Shown: piece by piece, positions 53,767 to 64,000 of the stretch
Position numbering within the stretch: the first letter of the stretch is position 1
Layout of the letters: each line of letters starts with the position of its first letter
NCBI GenBank assembly: GCA_963828735.1
Contig: CAWHFW010000004.1
Coordinates: 160,001-224,000 of the forward strand
Length of the DNA: 64,000 nucleotides
Source of the DNA: an uncultured Gemmatimonadales bacterium
Lineage (GTDB): Bacteria; Gemmatimonadota; Gemmatimonadetes; Gemmatimonadales; GWC2-71-9
Reading direction: 5' to 3'
Program-made: the position numbers and the translations under genes
Notes under the pieces: generated by a model
The model's database searches: none
What the model was told of the DNA's origin: nothing
The model's input: only the letters and a program-made list of their open reading frames with translations

Positions 53767-56534
53767 CCCCGGTGGTGCTCGAGCCGTTCGTCGCCGGGAT
53801 CGAGCTGCCCGAGTCGCCCGACCCGGTAGCGGCGAGCGCCGCGCACTATGCCAACGGGGTCGTTGACCTCCTGAGCGATTTGATGCTGCGACTGGTCCGG
53901 CAGCGCGCGCCCGACGTCGAGCCGGTGCTGCGGGGTCAGAAGGCGCCACACGAGCTGAGCGCCGAGCTGCTGGCCCGGACGCTCCAGGTGCAGGGAATCT
54001 GGTTCCAGCTCCTGAGCATCGCCGAGCAGAACGCGGCCATGCGGCGCCGCCGGCAGACCGAGGCCGAGCGCGGCTACGAGCTGGTCCGCGGGACGTTTGC
54101 GCAGGTCTTCTCGTCCGCGGTCGAGGCCAAGGTGCCGGCGGCCGACATTCGAGGGCTGCTCGAACGGCTCCGGGTCCGGCCGGTCATCACCGCGCATCCC
54201 ACCGAAGCCAAGCGCGTCACCGTCCTGGAGAAGCACCGGCGCATCTACCGCCGCCTCGTGGATCTCGAGTCCCCGCGCTGGACGCCGCGCGAGCGCCAAT
54301 CGCTGATCGACGGGCTCCGGAACGAAATCGAGCTGCTGTGGCTCACGGGAGAGCTGCGCCTCTCGAAGCCGACCGTGCCGCAGGAAGTGTTCTGGGGCCT
54401 GCACTTCTTCAACGAGACGTTGTTCGAGGCGGTGCCGGACCTGCTCGACAAGGTCGAGCGCACGCTGGCCCAGCACTATCCCGACGAGCGCTGGGTGGTC
54501 CCGCCGTTCTTCCAGTTCGGCTCCTGGATCGGCGGCGACCGCGACGGCAATCCCTTCGTCACCAACGACGTCACGCAGAGCACTCTGCTCGAGAACCGGC
54601 TCACGTCGCTCCGGCGATACCGGCGTCGGATCGATGAGCTGGTGCGCGCGCTCAGCATCACGGAGAAGGCCGTCCCGATCTCCGACCGGTTTCGGCGGGC
54701 TCTCGAGAAGGAGCTGGCCGAGACCGGGCGCGCGGAGGAGGTCGCGGCGCGGAATCCCGGGGAGGTCTTCCGGCAGTACCTGGGCTGCATGCTGGGCCGG
54801 ATCCAGGTCATGATCGAGCGGACGGAGCAGGGCTCCACCAAGCCCGACCCGGCCGGCTACGCCACGGCAGACGCCTTGCTCGCGGACCTCAAGCTGCTCG
54901 AGGACGAGCTGGGCCTTGCCGGCCGGCCCGAGATCGCACGGGCGCTGCTCACGCCGGTGCGACGCGAAGTGGAGTCGTTCCGGTTCAGCACCGTGCGGCT
55001 CGACGTGCGCGAGAACACAACCAAGCTGGGCGCCGCCCTGCGCGATCTCTGGCGGCTCGCTAACGGCGGCGACCCGCCCGAGGCCGGCTCCGAGGCGTGG
55101 CGGGCCTGGGTCGCCGCGGAGCTGGCGCGTCCGCTGGCTCCCGGCGCTCTCGCGCCGGCGCTCCCCGAAGCGACCGCGGAGACGCTAGGCATGTTTCAGC
55201 TCGTGCGACGGCTCCGCGACGAGATCGACCGTGAGGCCTTCGGCGCCTTCGTGCTCAGCATGACACAGAGCGTGAGCGACGTGCTCGGCGCGTACCTGCT
55301 GGCGAAGGTCAGTGGGTTGTTCGCCGACGCGCCCGGCGTGGAGAGCTGCACCCTGCCCATCGTGCCCCTGTTCGAGACGATCGACGATCTGCAGCGCGCT
55401 CCGACCATCATGCGAGACCTGCTGACGGTGCCATTGGTCAAGCGGAGCGTGCGGGCCCAGGGCGGCGTGCAAGAGGTGATGATCGGCTACTCCGACTCGA
55501 ACAAGGACGGCGGGTTCCTCACCTCGAACTGGGAGCTGTACAAGGCGCAGACCAAGCTGACCCGGGTCGGGAAGGAGTGCGGCGTGCCGATCGCCTTCTT
55601 CCACGGGCGGGGCGGCTCGGTGAGTCGCGGCGGCGCGCCGACGGGGCGCGCGATCGCGGCCCAGCCTGCGGGCTCGATCCGGGGACGCATGCGGATCACC
55701 GAGCAGGGCGAGGTGGTCTCGTTCAAGTACGCCAACCGCGGCACCGCCCAGTATCAGATCGAGCTGTTGGCCTCGAGCGTCGTCGAACATTCGCTCAAGT
55801 CCGAGCGGGAAGAGGCCCTCGCCCCCACGGCGGAATTCGACGAGGCGATGGAGGCCTTGAGCGGCGCGGCTCAGGCGGCGTATCGGCGCCTGGTGGACCA
55901 CCCCGATCTCCTGCCGTATTACCAGTCGGCGAGCCCGCTCGAAGAGATCTCGCTCCTCAATCTCGGCTCACGCCCCGCGAGGCGCTTCGGCGCGCGCTCC
56001 CTGGGTGATCTCCGCGCGATCCCCTGGGTGTTCGCCTGGTCCCAGAATCGCCACTTCGTGCCGGGATGGTACGGGGTCGGGAGCGGCATCCTCACGTTTC
56101 TGCAGGTGCGCGGGCAACGGGGCGCCGCGCTGATCCAGCGCATGTCCACCGAGTCGCGGCTGTTTCGTTTGATCGCGGATGAGGTCGAGAAGACGCTGTG
56201 CTACGTGGATCTCGAAACAGCCAGGGAGTACGCCGCGCTGGTGCCGGACGAGCGCGCGCGCGACGCGATCTTCCCGATGATCGAGGAGGAGTACCATCGG
56301 ACCGTCGAGGCGGTGCTTCGGATCAGCGGCGGTCCGGAGCTGGCGCACCGGTTTCCCCGCTTCCGTCGCAAGCTGGCCCGACGTCTCCCGACCCTGAACC
56401 AGATCTCCCGGCAGCAGATCGAGCTGCTCCGGCGCTTCCGGGAAACGGGCGGGGACACGTCCCAGGAGGAACTGCTCTCGGCGCTACTCCTGTCCATCAA
56501 CTGCATCGCGGCGGGGTTCGGGGCGACAGGGTAA
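53763..56534 (+). CDS. ppc: Phosphoenolpyruvate carboxylase (bacterial/plant type)
   Basis: TAHPTE, SWIGGDRDGNP, VPLFET, MIGYSDSNKDGG, FHGRGGSVSRGG, LRAIPWVFAWSQ. Confidence 0.95.
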   Translation: MTPVVLEPFVAGIELPESPDPVAASAAHYANGVVDLLSDLMLRLVRQRAPDVEPVLRGQKAPHELSAELLARTLQVQGIWFQLLSIAEQNAAMRRRRQTEAERGYELVRGTFAQVFSSAVEAKVPAADIRGLLERLRVRPVITAHPTEAKRVTVLEKHRRIYRRLVDLESPRWTPRERQSLIDGLRNEIELLWLTGELRLSKPTVPQEVFWGLHFFNETLFEAVPDLLDKVERTLAQHYPDERWVVPPFFQFGSWIGGDRDGNPFVTNDVTQSTLLENRLTSLRRYRRRIDELVRALSITEKAVPISDRFRRALEKELAETGRAEEVAARNPGEVFRQYLGCMLGRIQVMIERTEQGSTKPDPAGYATADALLADLKLLEDELGLAGRPEIARALLTPVRREVESFRFSTVRLDVRENTTKLGAALRDLWRLANGGDPPEAGSEAWRAWVAAELARPLAPGALAPALPEATAETLGMFQLVRRLRDEIDREAFGAFVLSMTQSVSDVLGAYLLAKVSGLFADAPGVESCTLPIVPLFETIDDLQRAPTIMRDLLTVPLVKRSVRAQGGVQEVMIGYSDSNKDGGFLTSNWELYKAQTKLTRVGKECGVPIAFFHGRGGSVSRGGAPTGRAIAAQPAGSIRGRMRITEQGEVVSFKYANRGTAQYQIELLASSVVEHSLKSEREEALAPTAEFDEAMEALSGAAQAAYRRLVDHPDLLPYYQSASPLEEISLLNLGSRPARRFGARSLGDLRAIPWVFAWSQNRHFVPGWYGVGSGILTFLQVRGQRGAALIQRMSTESRLFRLIADEVEKTLCYVDLETAREYAALVPDERARDAIFPMIEEEYHRTVEAVLRISGGPELAHRFPRFRRKLARRLPTLNQISRQQIELLRRFRETGGDTSQEELLSALLLSINCIAAGFGATG

Positions 56535-56566
56535 GACGGCGGAACCGCTGGGGCCAGCCTCAACGA

Positions 56567-56599
56567 GAAGGGGCCATGCGTGCGACGCATGGCCCCTTC
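56567..56599. terminator. Hairpin between convergent ppc and rlmN
   Basis: 15-bp perfect inverted repeat GAAGGGGCCATGCGT-gcg-ACGCATGGCCCCTTC. Confidence 0.75.
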
Positions 56600-56644
56600 G
56601 CTTCGCTCGGCCGGGCTCACTTCCCGGCGACGCTCGGCACGCGT

Positions 56645-57736
56645 CTACTCGGGCTGACCGACCCCGGCCGCCGCTTGGCGCTTCCGCTCCGTCGCCACCC
56701 GGAGCTGCCCGCACGCGGCATCGATGTCGAGCCCGCGACTCCTTCGCACCGTGGCCTCGACGCCTTGGTTGCGCAGGCGGCCCGCGAAGGCGCGGATGCG
56801 GTCGGGGCCCGTGGGCGTCAGGTCCGGTGCGCCGCCAGGATGGAGCGGAAGGATGTTAACCAGCGCTCCGAGGCCCCGGGCGAGCTTGGCGAGCCGGTCG
56901 GCATCGGCGTCGCGATCGTTGACCCCGCCGATCATCACGTATTCGAAGGTCACCCGCTTCCTGAACGCCCCCGCGGCGCGGAGCACGGCCGCGAGGTCGT
57001 ATTTCTTCTCGATCGGCATGATGCCCAGCCGCTGCGGCGACGTGGTCGCATGCAGCGAGATGGCGAGGCGGAACTGCTCGGGACGCCGGGCGAAGGCCTC
57101 GAGCCCCGGCAGGATCCCCACGGTCGAGACCGTGATGTGGCGAGCACCGATCCCGAGGCCGTCGGGAGAGTTGAGGATCGTGAGCGCCGTGTCCACCGCG
57201 GGCCAGTTGAGCAGGGGCTCGCCCATGCCCATGAAGACGACATTGGTCGGCACGTCGTCCGGATTCCTGAGCACGATCTCGCGCACCTGTCCCACGATCT
57301 CGAACGCGGAGAGGTTGCGCCGAAAGCCCATCCGACCCGTCGCGCAGAACGAGCAGCGCAGCGCGCAGCCCGCCTGTGACGAGATGCAAAGCGTCCGTCG
57401 CGATCCTGAGGGAATGAGCACCGATTCGATCGCCTCGCCGTCCGCGAGCCGCCAGAGGAACTTTCGGGTGCCGTCCTCCGAGAGCTGCTCCACCTCCGCG
57501 GTCAGTCGGCCCAGCGGAAAGGCACGCTCCAGTTCGTCGCGAAGCGCGAGGGGCAGGTCGGTGGCCTCACGCCACGTACTGACCGGCGCCTGCCACAGAC
57601 GGCGGAAGATCTGGCTCACCCGGTAGGCCGGCAGGCCCTTGCCTCGGACCCAGGCGGCCAGGTCCCCGCGGGCGGCGGCCGGCGGCCGGTCGAGGAGATC
57701 TGGCGCCGGAGAAGATGGCTGAGAGGCGATGCTCAT
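56645..57736 (-). CDS. rlmN: 23S rRNA A2503/tRNA A37 C2-methyltransferase
   Basis: CISSQAGCALRCSFCATG, VFMGMGEP, AISLH, IDAACGQL. Confidence 0.95.
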   Translation of the reverse strand: MSIASQPSSPAPDLLDRPPAAARGDLAAWVRGKGLPAYRVSQIFRRLWQAPVSTWREATDLPLALRDELERAFPLGRLTAEVEQLSEDGTRKFLWRLADGEAIESVLIPSGSRRTLCISSQAGCALRCSFCATGRMGFRRNLSAFEIVGQVREIVLRNPDDVPTNVVFMGMGEPLLNWPAVDTALTILNSPDGLGIGARHITVSTVGILPGLEAFARRPEQFRLAISLHATTSPQRLGIMPIEKKYDLAAVLRAAGAFRKRVTFEYVMIGGVNDRDADADRLAKLARGLGALVNILPLHPGGAPDLTPTGPDRIRAFAGRLRNQGVEATVRRSRGLDIDAACGQLRVATERKRQAAAGVGQPE

Positions 57737-57892
57737 CGTGTTGAAAACTAACATCATAGCCGGCCGACGTGTGGCTCCGTCCGAACCGGGACGCCAAGGC
57801 CGAGCGGGCCCGGCGCCCCGCCGGAGAACCACCCCGCGGGATCCCCGTGGACACCCCTGCGCAAGGAGCCTAACTCCCGTTCATTCCTCGCA

Positions 57893-57921
57893 TTGCTCCC
57901 CCTCTGGCCGCCGGTTACGTT
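57893..57921 (+). promoter_or_regulatory. Putative sigma70 promoter for EIIA-aspS operon
   Basis: TTGCTC-N17-TACGTT 26 nt upstream of the start codon. Confidence 0.35.
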
Positions 57922-57947
57922 TGTCCAATGCACCGCCTAGCCGTGCT

Positions 57948-58403
57948 GTGCTCCTGACCGAGTTGCTCTCGCCGGACCGGGTGGTGGTGCCGCTGCTGGC
58001 CGATGACAGGCAGACAGCCATCGCAACGCTCACGCGCAAGCTCGCCGAGCTGGCGGGCGCCGGGTATGACGAGGTGCTGGACGCGGTGCTCGAGCGCGAG
58101 TCCGTCCAGAGCACCGGTATAGGCTTCGGCGTCGCCATTCCGCACGGTCGGTGCGCCGCGGTCCGCGAGCTCACCATGGTGGCCGGGGTGAGTCCCGCGC
58201 CCGTGCCGTTCGACGCGATCGACGGGGAGCCGGTGCGGCTGTTCTTCCTCATCGTCGGCCCCGAGGCATCCGCCGGGCTGCACGTCAAGATCCTGAGTCG
58301 AATCGCCCGCCTGGTCCGCCGAGATACGGTGCGCCAGCAACTGGTCGAGGCCACCACCGCCGATGCGTTCTACAACGTCATCCTCGACGCCGAAGCGCGT
58401 TGA
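57948..58403 (+). CDS. Second stand-alone PTS EIIA
   Basis: RESVQSTGIGFGVAIPHG, FDAIDGEPV, HVKILSRIAR. Confidence 0.9.
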   Translation: MLLTELLSPDRVVVPLLADDRQTAIATLTRKLAELAGAGYDEVLDAVLERESVQSTGIGFGVAIPHGRCAAVRELTMVAGVSPAPVPFDAIDGEPVRLFFLIVGPEASAGLHVKILSRIARLVRRDTVRQQLVEATTADAFYNVILDAEAR

Positions 58404-58437
58404 CCACATCTCCTTTCCGCGTCCATTGGCCGGTAGC

Positions 58438-60207
<1,770 letters not shown>

Positions 60208-60210
60208 CCC

Positions 60211-61164
60211 ATGGCAGACGACAGTCACCATCGCCTATCGGCCGAAGGCGCCGATCCGCTCCTCTTCGCGGGCGTCAACGACGCGAACCTGCTCGAGCTC
60301 CAACGGAGCCTCGGGGTCCGCGTGTCGTTCCGCGGGGATGCCGTCACCCTGACCGGCACGACCGAGCAGCTGGAGCGGGCCACGCCCGTCGTGCAAGGGT
60401 TGCTGGACCTCGCCCGGATGGGCGAGCCGGTGTCGCCCGACGACGTCGCCCGCCTCGCGGCGGAGGGACCTCCGGGCGAGCTCCCGGCCCAGCCCAGCGA
60501 CGGGAAGATCGTGCTGCCGGGCCTTCGCCGGGCCATCGTGCCGAAGACGCAGGGCCAGCGCGACTACCTGCAGGCGATCAGCAATCACGACATCGTGGTC
60601 GGGATCGGCCCAGCGGGCACGGGCAAGACGTACCTTGCCGTCGCCAAGGCGATCGAGGCCCTCGCGCGGAAGCGCGTGAAGCGGATCATCCTGGCCCGGC
60701 CCGCGGTCGAGGCCGGCGAATCGCTCGGCTTCCTGCCGGGAGATCTGCAGGCCAAGGTGGATCCCTACCTGCGGCCCCTGTACGACGCGCTGGAAGACAT
60801 GATGCCGCATGACCGGGTGCAGCGGGCGCTCGAGACGCGAACCATCGAGATCGCACCGTTGGCGTACATGCGCGGCCGCACGCTCGCCGACGCCTTCATC
60901 ATTCTCGACGAGGCGCAGAACGCCACCGGCGCGCAGATGAAGATGTTCCTCACCCGGCTCGGCGTGAACAGCAAGACCGTCGTGACCGGCGACAAGACGC
61001 AGATCGATCTGCCCAAGCGCGAGGACTCGGGCCTGGTGCAGGTGGAGCGGGTGCTGCCGGGCATCGAAGGAATCGCCTTCTGCTACCTGCACGAGGCCGA
61101 CGTGGTGCGGCACCGCCTCGTGCGCGAGATCATCAAGGCCTATGCGGAGGATCAGATCGGTTGA
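60211..61164 (+). CDS. PhoH-family ATPase
   Basis: [33 protein letters not shown]. Confidence 0.95.
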   Translation: MADDSHHRLSAEGADPLLFAGVNDANLLELQRSLGVRVSFRGDAVTLTGTTEQLERATPVVQGLLDLARMGEPVSPDDVARLAAEGPPGELPAQPSDGKIVLPGLRRAIVPKTQGQRDYLQAISNHDIVVGIGPAGTGKTYLAVAKAIEALARKRVKRIILARPAVEAGESLGFLPGDLQAKVDPYLRPLYDALEDMMPHDRVQRALETRTIEIAPLAYMRGRTLADAFIILDEAQNATGAQMKMFLTRLGVNSKTVVTGDKTQIDLPKREDSGLVQVERVLPGIEGIAFCYLHEADVVRHRLVREIIKAYAEDQIG

Positions 61165-63362
61165 TGGCCCGCCGGGAGGCGTTTCACGGCCCCACTGGGG
61201 AAACGCTGTCCGACCGGATCCGCTACCATGCCATCCGGTGGCTGCCGCTGCTCGCGACGGCCCTGGTCACGTACGCGCTGTTCCCGCCGCCGGCCGCCGT
61301 CCTGTCCCGCGTTCCCGACGTCGGTCAGCGTGCCGAGCGCACCGTCGTGGCACCGTTCCCGTATCAGGTGCGCAAGTCCACCGACGAGCTGGCCCGGGAG
61401 GGCGAGGCTCGCGCGATGACGGCGCAGCCGGTGTATCGCTTCAGCCCCACCGCGTACGACTCAGCCATTGCCGCCACGCGGGATTTCTTCGCCGACCTCG
61501 ACCGTGCCGGCACTCAGAACCCCGAGCTCATGCGTGCCGTGGCCGCGACGCAGGCCCATCTCGGTCCGGAGGAGACCCGGTTCCTCGCGGATTCGGCCAA
61601 TCGCCGGGCCATGCGCGAGCTCGTGACGCACTTCCTGGGCGAGTCGCTGTCGCACGGCGTCGCCGACGCGGGCGTGATTCGCGGCGAGGCGAGCCGGCAG
61701 ATCACCCTGCGCCGCAACGACGCGGAGCGCGTGGTGGCGCGCGACTCGATCCTCACGTTCGCCGATCTCATGGAGCAGGCCGAGGTCGCCGGCATCGTCG
61801 TCGAGGATCCCGTGGGCCAGCGGACCCTCCGGCGCCTGGTGGGCGCGTTCTACCACCCGACCATCGTGCCCGACCCGTTGCTCACGAGCGCGCGCCGCGA
61901 GCAGCTGCGGGCGAGCATCGACCCGGTGCGCTTCGGCGTCCGCTCGGGCGAGCGGATCGTGTCCTCGGGCCAGGCCGTGAGCGAGGAGCAGCGGGCCAAG
62001 CTCATCGCGCTGCACCAGGAGCTCGAGCGGCGCGGCTCCCAGGAATTCTGGACTCAGGGTGCCGTCGGCGGGTTCCTGTACAACGCCCTCGTGCTGAGCG
62101 CCTTCTGGCTGCTGTTGGTGTTCTACCGGCCCGAGACGTACGCGGAAGTCCGCGAGATGGCCTTCTTCGGCGGCCTCCTCACGCTGGTCGTGTTGATCAC
62201 CGCGGGGACGACGCAGCTGCTGCCGATCCGGCCGGAGATGGTTCCCATCCCGTTCGCCGCGATCCTGGTGACCCTCCTCTACAACGGCCGCATCGGGGTA
62301 TTCGCGGCGCTGACACTCGCGGTGCTTCTGGATGGCCAGTGGGAGCTGCGCGAGACCGGCATTCTCTTCTTCGGCCTCATGGGCGGCGTCGCGGGGGCCA
62401 TCGGCATCCGGGCGGTCCGGCGCCGGCGGCATCTCTACGTCACGGTCGCGGTGGTGGCGGGCGCGAGCATGCTGGCCTCGCTGACCATCGGCCTCATGCA
62501 GGGATGGGGGACGATCACCATCGTGGCGAGCGCGTTCCTGGGTGTGCTCATGGCGCTGGCGAGCGCCGCGCTCGCGATGCTCGTCACGCCTCTCGCCGAG
62601 TCGGCGACCCGCATCACGACGGATCTCACGCTGCTCGAGCTTTCCGACCTGGGCCGGCCGCTCCTCCGCCGCCTCGCGCTCGAAGCGCCGGGCACGTGGG
62701 CGCACAGTCTGGCGATGGCCAACCTCTGCGAGTCCGCCTGCAACATCATCGGAGCGAACGGGCTGCTCGCGCGCGTCGGCTGCTATTACCATGACATCGG
62801 CAAGCTGACGGCGCCCGGGTTCTTCGTCGAGAACCAGGGCGGGGGACCGAATCCGCACGATCAGCTCCCTCCCGCCGAATCCGCGCGCATCATCCGGCAG
62901 CACGTGCTCGACGGCATCGCCCTGGCCGAAACGGCGGGCCTCCCGCCCATCGTACGGTCGTTCATTCCGGAGCATCACGGGACCACGGAGATCAGCTACT
63001 TCCTCGTGCGCGCCCGGCGGGCCTCGCCGAACGGCTTGCCCAACCCATCCGACTACCGCTATCCCGGTCCGCGCCCGCAGCGCGCCGAGACGGCGGTCGC
63101 CATGCTCGCGGACTCCGCCGAGGCCGCCATCCGCGTGCTGCCCGATCCCACGCCCGACAAGGTGCGCGAGGCGATCGATCTCCTGGTGCAGCAGAAGCTC
63201 GCCTCGGGACAGCTCGAGGACGCGCCGCTCACCCTGCGCGACATCGACCGGGTGAAGCGCGAATTCGCCCGCGTGATGTCGGGCACCTACCACAAGCGCA
63301 TCGGGTATCCCCGTGCCAGCGGCGGCATCACGTCGGAATTCCAGACCGCCGAGCGGCAGTGA
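61164..63362 (+). CDS. 7TM-HD phosphohydrolase (PgpH/YqfF-like)
   Basis: Extracytoplasmic domain, TM bundle, LLELSD, APGTWAHS, YYHDIGK, FVENQ, EHHGT, MLADS. Confidence 0.88.
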   Translation: MARREAFHGPTGETLSDRIRYHAIRWLPLLATALVTYALFPPPAAVLSRVPDVGQRAERTVVAPFPYQVRKSTDELAREGEARAMTAQPVYRFSPTAYDSAIAATRDFFADLDRAGTQNPELMRAVAATQAHLGPEETRFLADSANRRAMRELVTHFLGESLSHGVADAGVIRGEASRQITLRRNDAERVVARDSILTFADLMEQAEVAGIVVEDPVGQRTLRRLVGAFYHPTIVPDPLLTSARREQLRASIDPVRFGVRSGERIVSSGQAVSEEQRAKLIALHQELERRGSQEFWTQGAVGGFLYNALVLSAFWLLLVFYRPETYAEVREMAFFGGLLTLVVLITAGTTQLLPIRPEMVPIPFAAILVTLLYNGRIGVFAALTLAVLLDGQWELRETGILFFGLMGGVAGAIGIRAVRRRRHLYVTVAVVAGASMLASLTIGLMQGWGTITIVASAFLGVLMALASAALAMLVTPLAESATRITTDLTLLELSDLGRPLLRRLALEAPGTWAHSLAMANLCESACNIIGANGLLARVGCYYHDIGKLTAPGFFVENQGGGPNPHDQLPPAESARIIRQHVLDGIALAETAGLPPIVRSFIPEHHGTTEISYFLVRARRASPNGLPNPSDYRYPGPRPQRAETAVAMLADSAEAAIRVLPDPTPDKVREAIDLLVQQKLASGQLEDAPLTLRDIDRVKREFARVMSGTYHKRIGYPRASGGITSEFQTAERQ

Positions 63363-63771
63363 CGTCGCCGTGAGCGGACGTCGCATGCCCCTCCCGGGGA
63401 CGCTGGTGCGCCGGGTGGTCGAGACCGTGCTCGCGGGAGAGCGTCGCCGCGCCCTGGTCTCGATCACCTTTCTCGGCCGCGACGCCATGCGGCGGCTGAA
63501 TGCCAGCCACACCGGGCACGATCGGCCGACCGACGTCCTCAGCTTCGCCCTGACCGACCCGTCGGGCGCCACCGTGGGCGACGTCTACGTCTGCGCATGG
63601 GTCGCCCGACGTGAGGCGCGGACCCGCCGCATTCCGCTGCGCGAGGAGCTGATTCGCCTCGTCGTGCACGGCACGCTGCACGCCCTCGGCCGCGACCATC
63701 CCGAGGGCGAGCGCCGCACCACCTCGCCCATGTGGCGGCGGCAGGAGCGGTACGTGGACGCGCTCGCATGA
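63313..63771 (+). CDS. ybeY: rRNA maturation endoribonuclease YbeY
   Basis: PTDVLSF, GDVYV, HGTLHALGRDH; exact start uncertain. Confidence 0.92.
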   Translation: MPAAASRRNSRPPSGSDVAVSGRRMPLPGTLVRRVVETVLAGERRRALVSITFLGRDAMRRLNASHTGHDRPTDVLSFALTDPSGATVGDVYVCAWVARREARTRRIPLREELIRLVVHGTLHALGRDHPEGERRTTSPMWRRQERYVDALA

Positions 63772-64000
63772 TGGCCATGCTGCAGCTTTTCATCGCCCCG
63801 CTGGTCGCGGCGGGGCTCACGCTCTGGGCGGCATGGCTCGCGCTCGCGGCGGAGTCGGACGCGGACCTGCCGCGGGCGCTCGGCGGGGAGTTCTCCACCG
63901 AGACCGGGGCAGGGACGCTCTCTCGCAATCTGCATGTGGCGCACCTGGCGCTCCTCGTGCTCGCCGGCGCCGCGGCGGGCGGCGCGGTAGCCTGGTGGGC
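63768..64000 (+). CDS. Membrane protein, 3' truncated; possibly CorC/CNNM (hemolysin-family) N-terminus
   Basis: ATGA overlap with ybeY; hydrophobic MMAMLQLFIAPLVAAGLTLWAAWLALAAE; family guess rests on typical ybeY synteny only. Confidence 0.5.
   Translation, partial: MMAMLQLFIAPLVAAGLTLWAAWLALAAESDADLPRALGGEFSTETGAGTLSRNLHVAHLALLVLAGAAAGGAVAWW

Overview
A very GC-rich (roughly 70%), densely coding bacterial chromosome segment. Gene content and order suggest Gemmatimonadota (inference). Most of it is housekeeping: proS-lysA-guaA, dusB-larB-corA, tmRNA, purEK, a long truA-degP-purBC-psd-pssA-purSQL-purF-ppdK operon, a rearranged trp cluster with folK-panBC, rlmN, and aspS-phoH-7TM/HD-ybeY. 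I saw no integrase, transposase, prophage or CRISPR array. Three things stand out. (1) A compact serine-cycle-type cluster at 46965-56534 (gck divergent from sga-mcl-mtkA-mtkB-hpr-ppc), whose PEP carboxylase has a non-canonical C-terminus. (2) A HEAT-repeat gene and an HD-GYP gene wedged between trpB and trpA. Their products appear to share a paralogous ~100-aa N-terminal domain I cannot assign to a family, so this is a candidate uncharacterised c-di-GMP signalling module; a GAF-containing chemoreceptor follows trpA. (3) An inverted lexA inside the trp cluster whose promoter carries two TTCGG-N6-TTCGG direct-repeat pairs, a candidate lineage-specific SOS box. All calls come from motif recognition by eye; no searches were run, and start codons are my best estimates.
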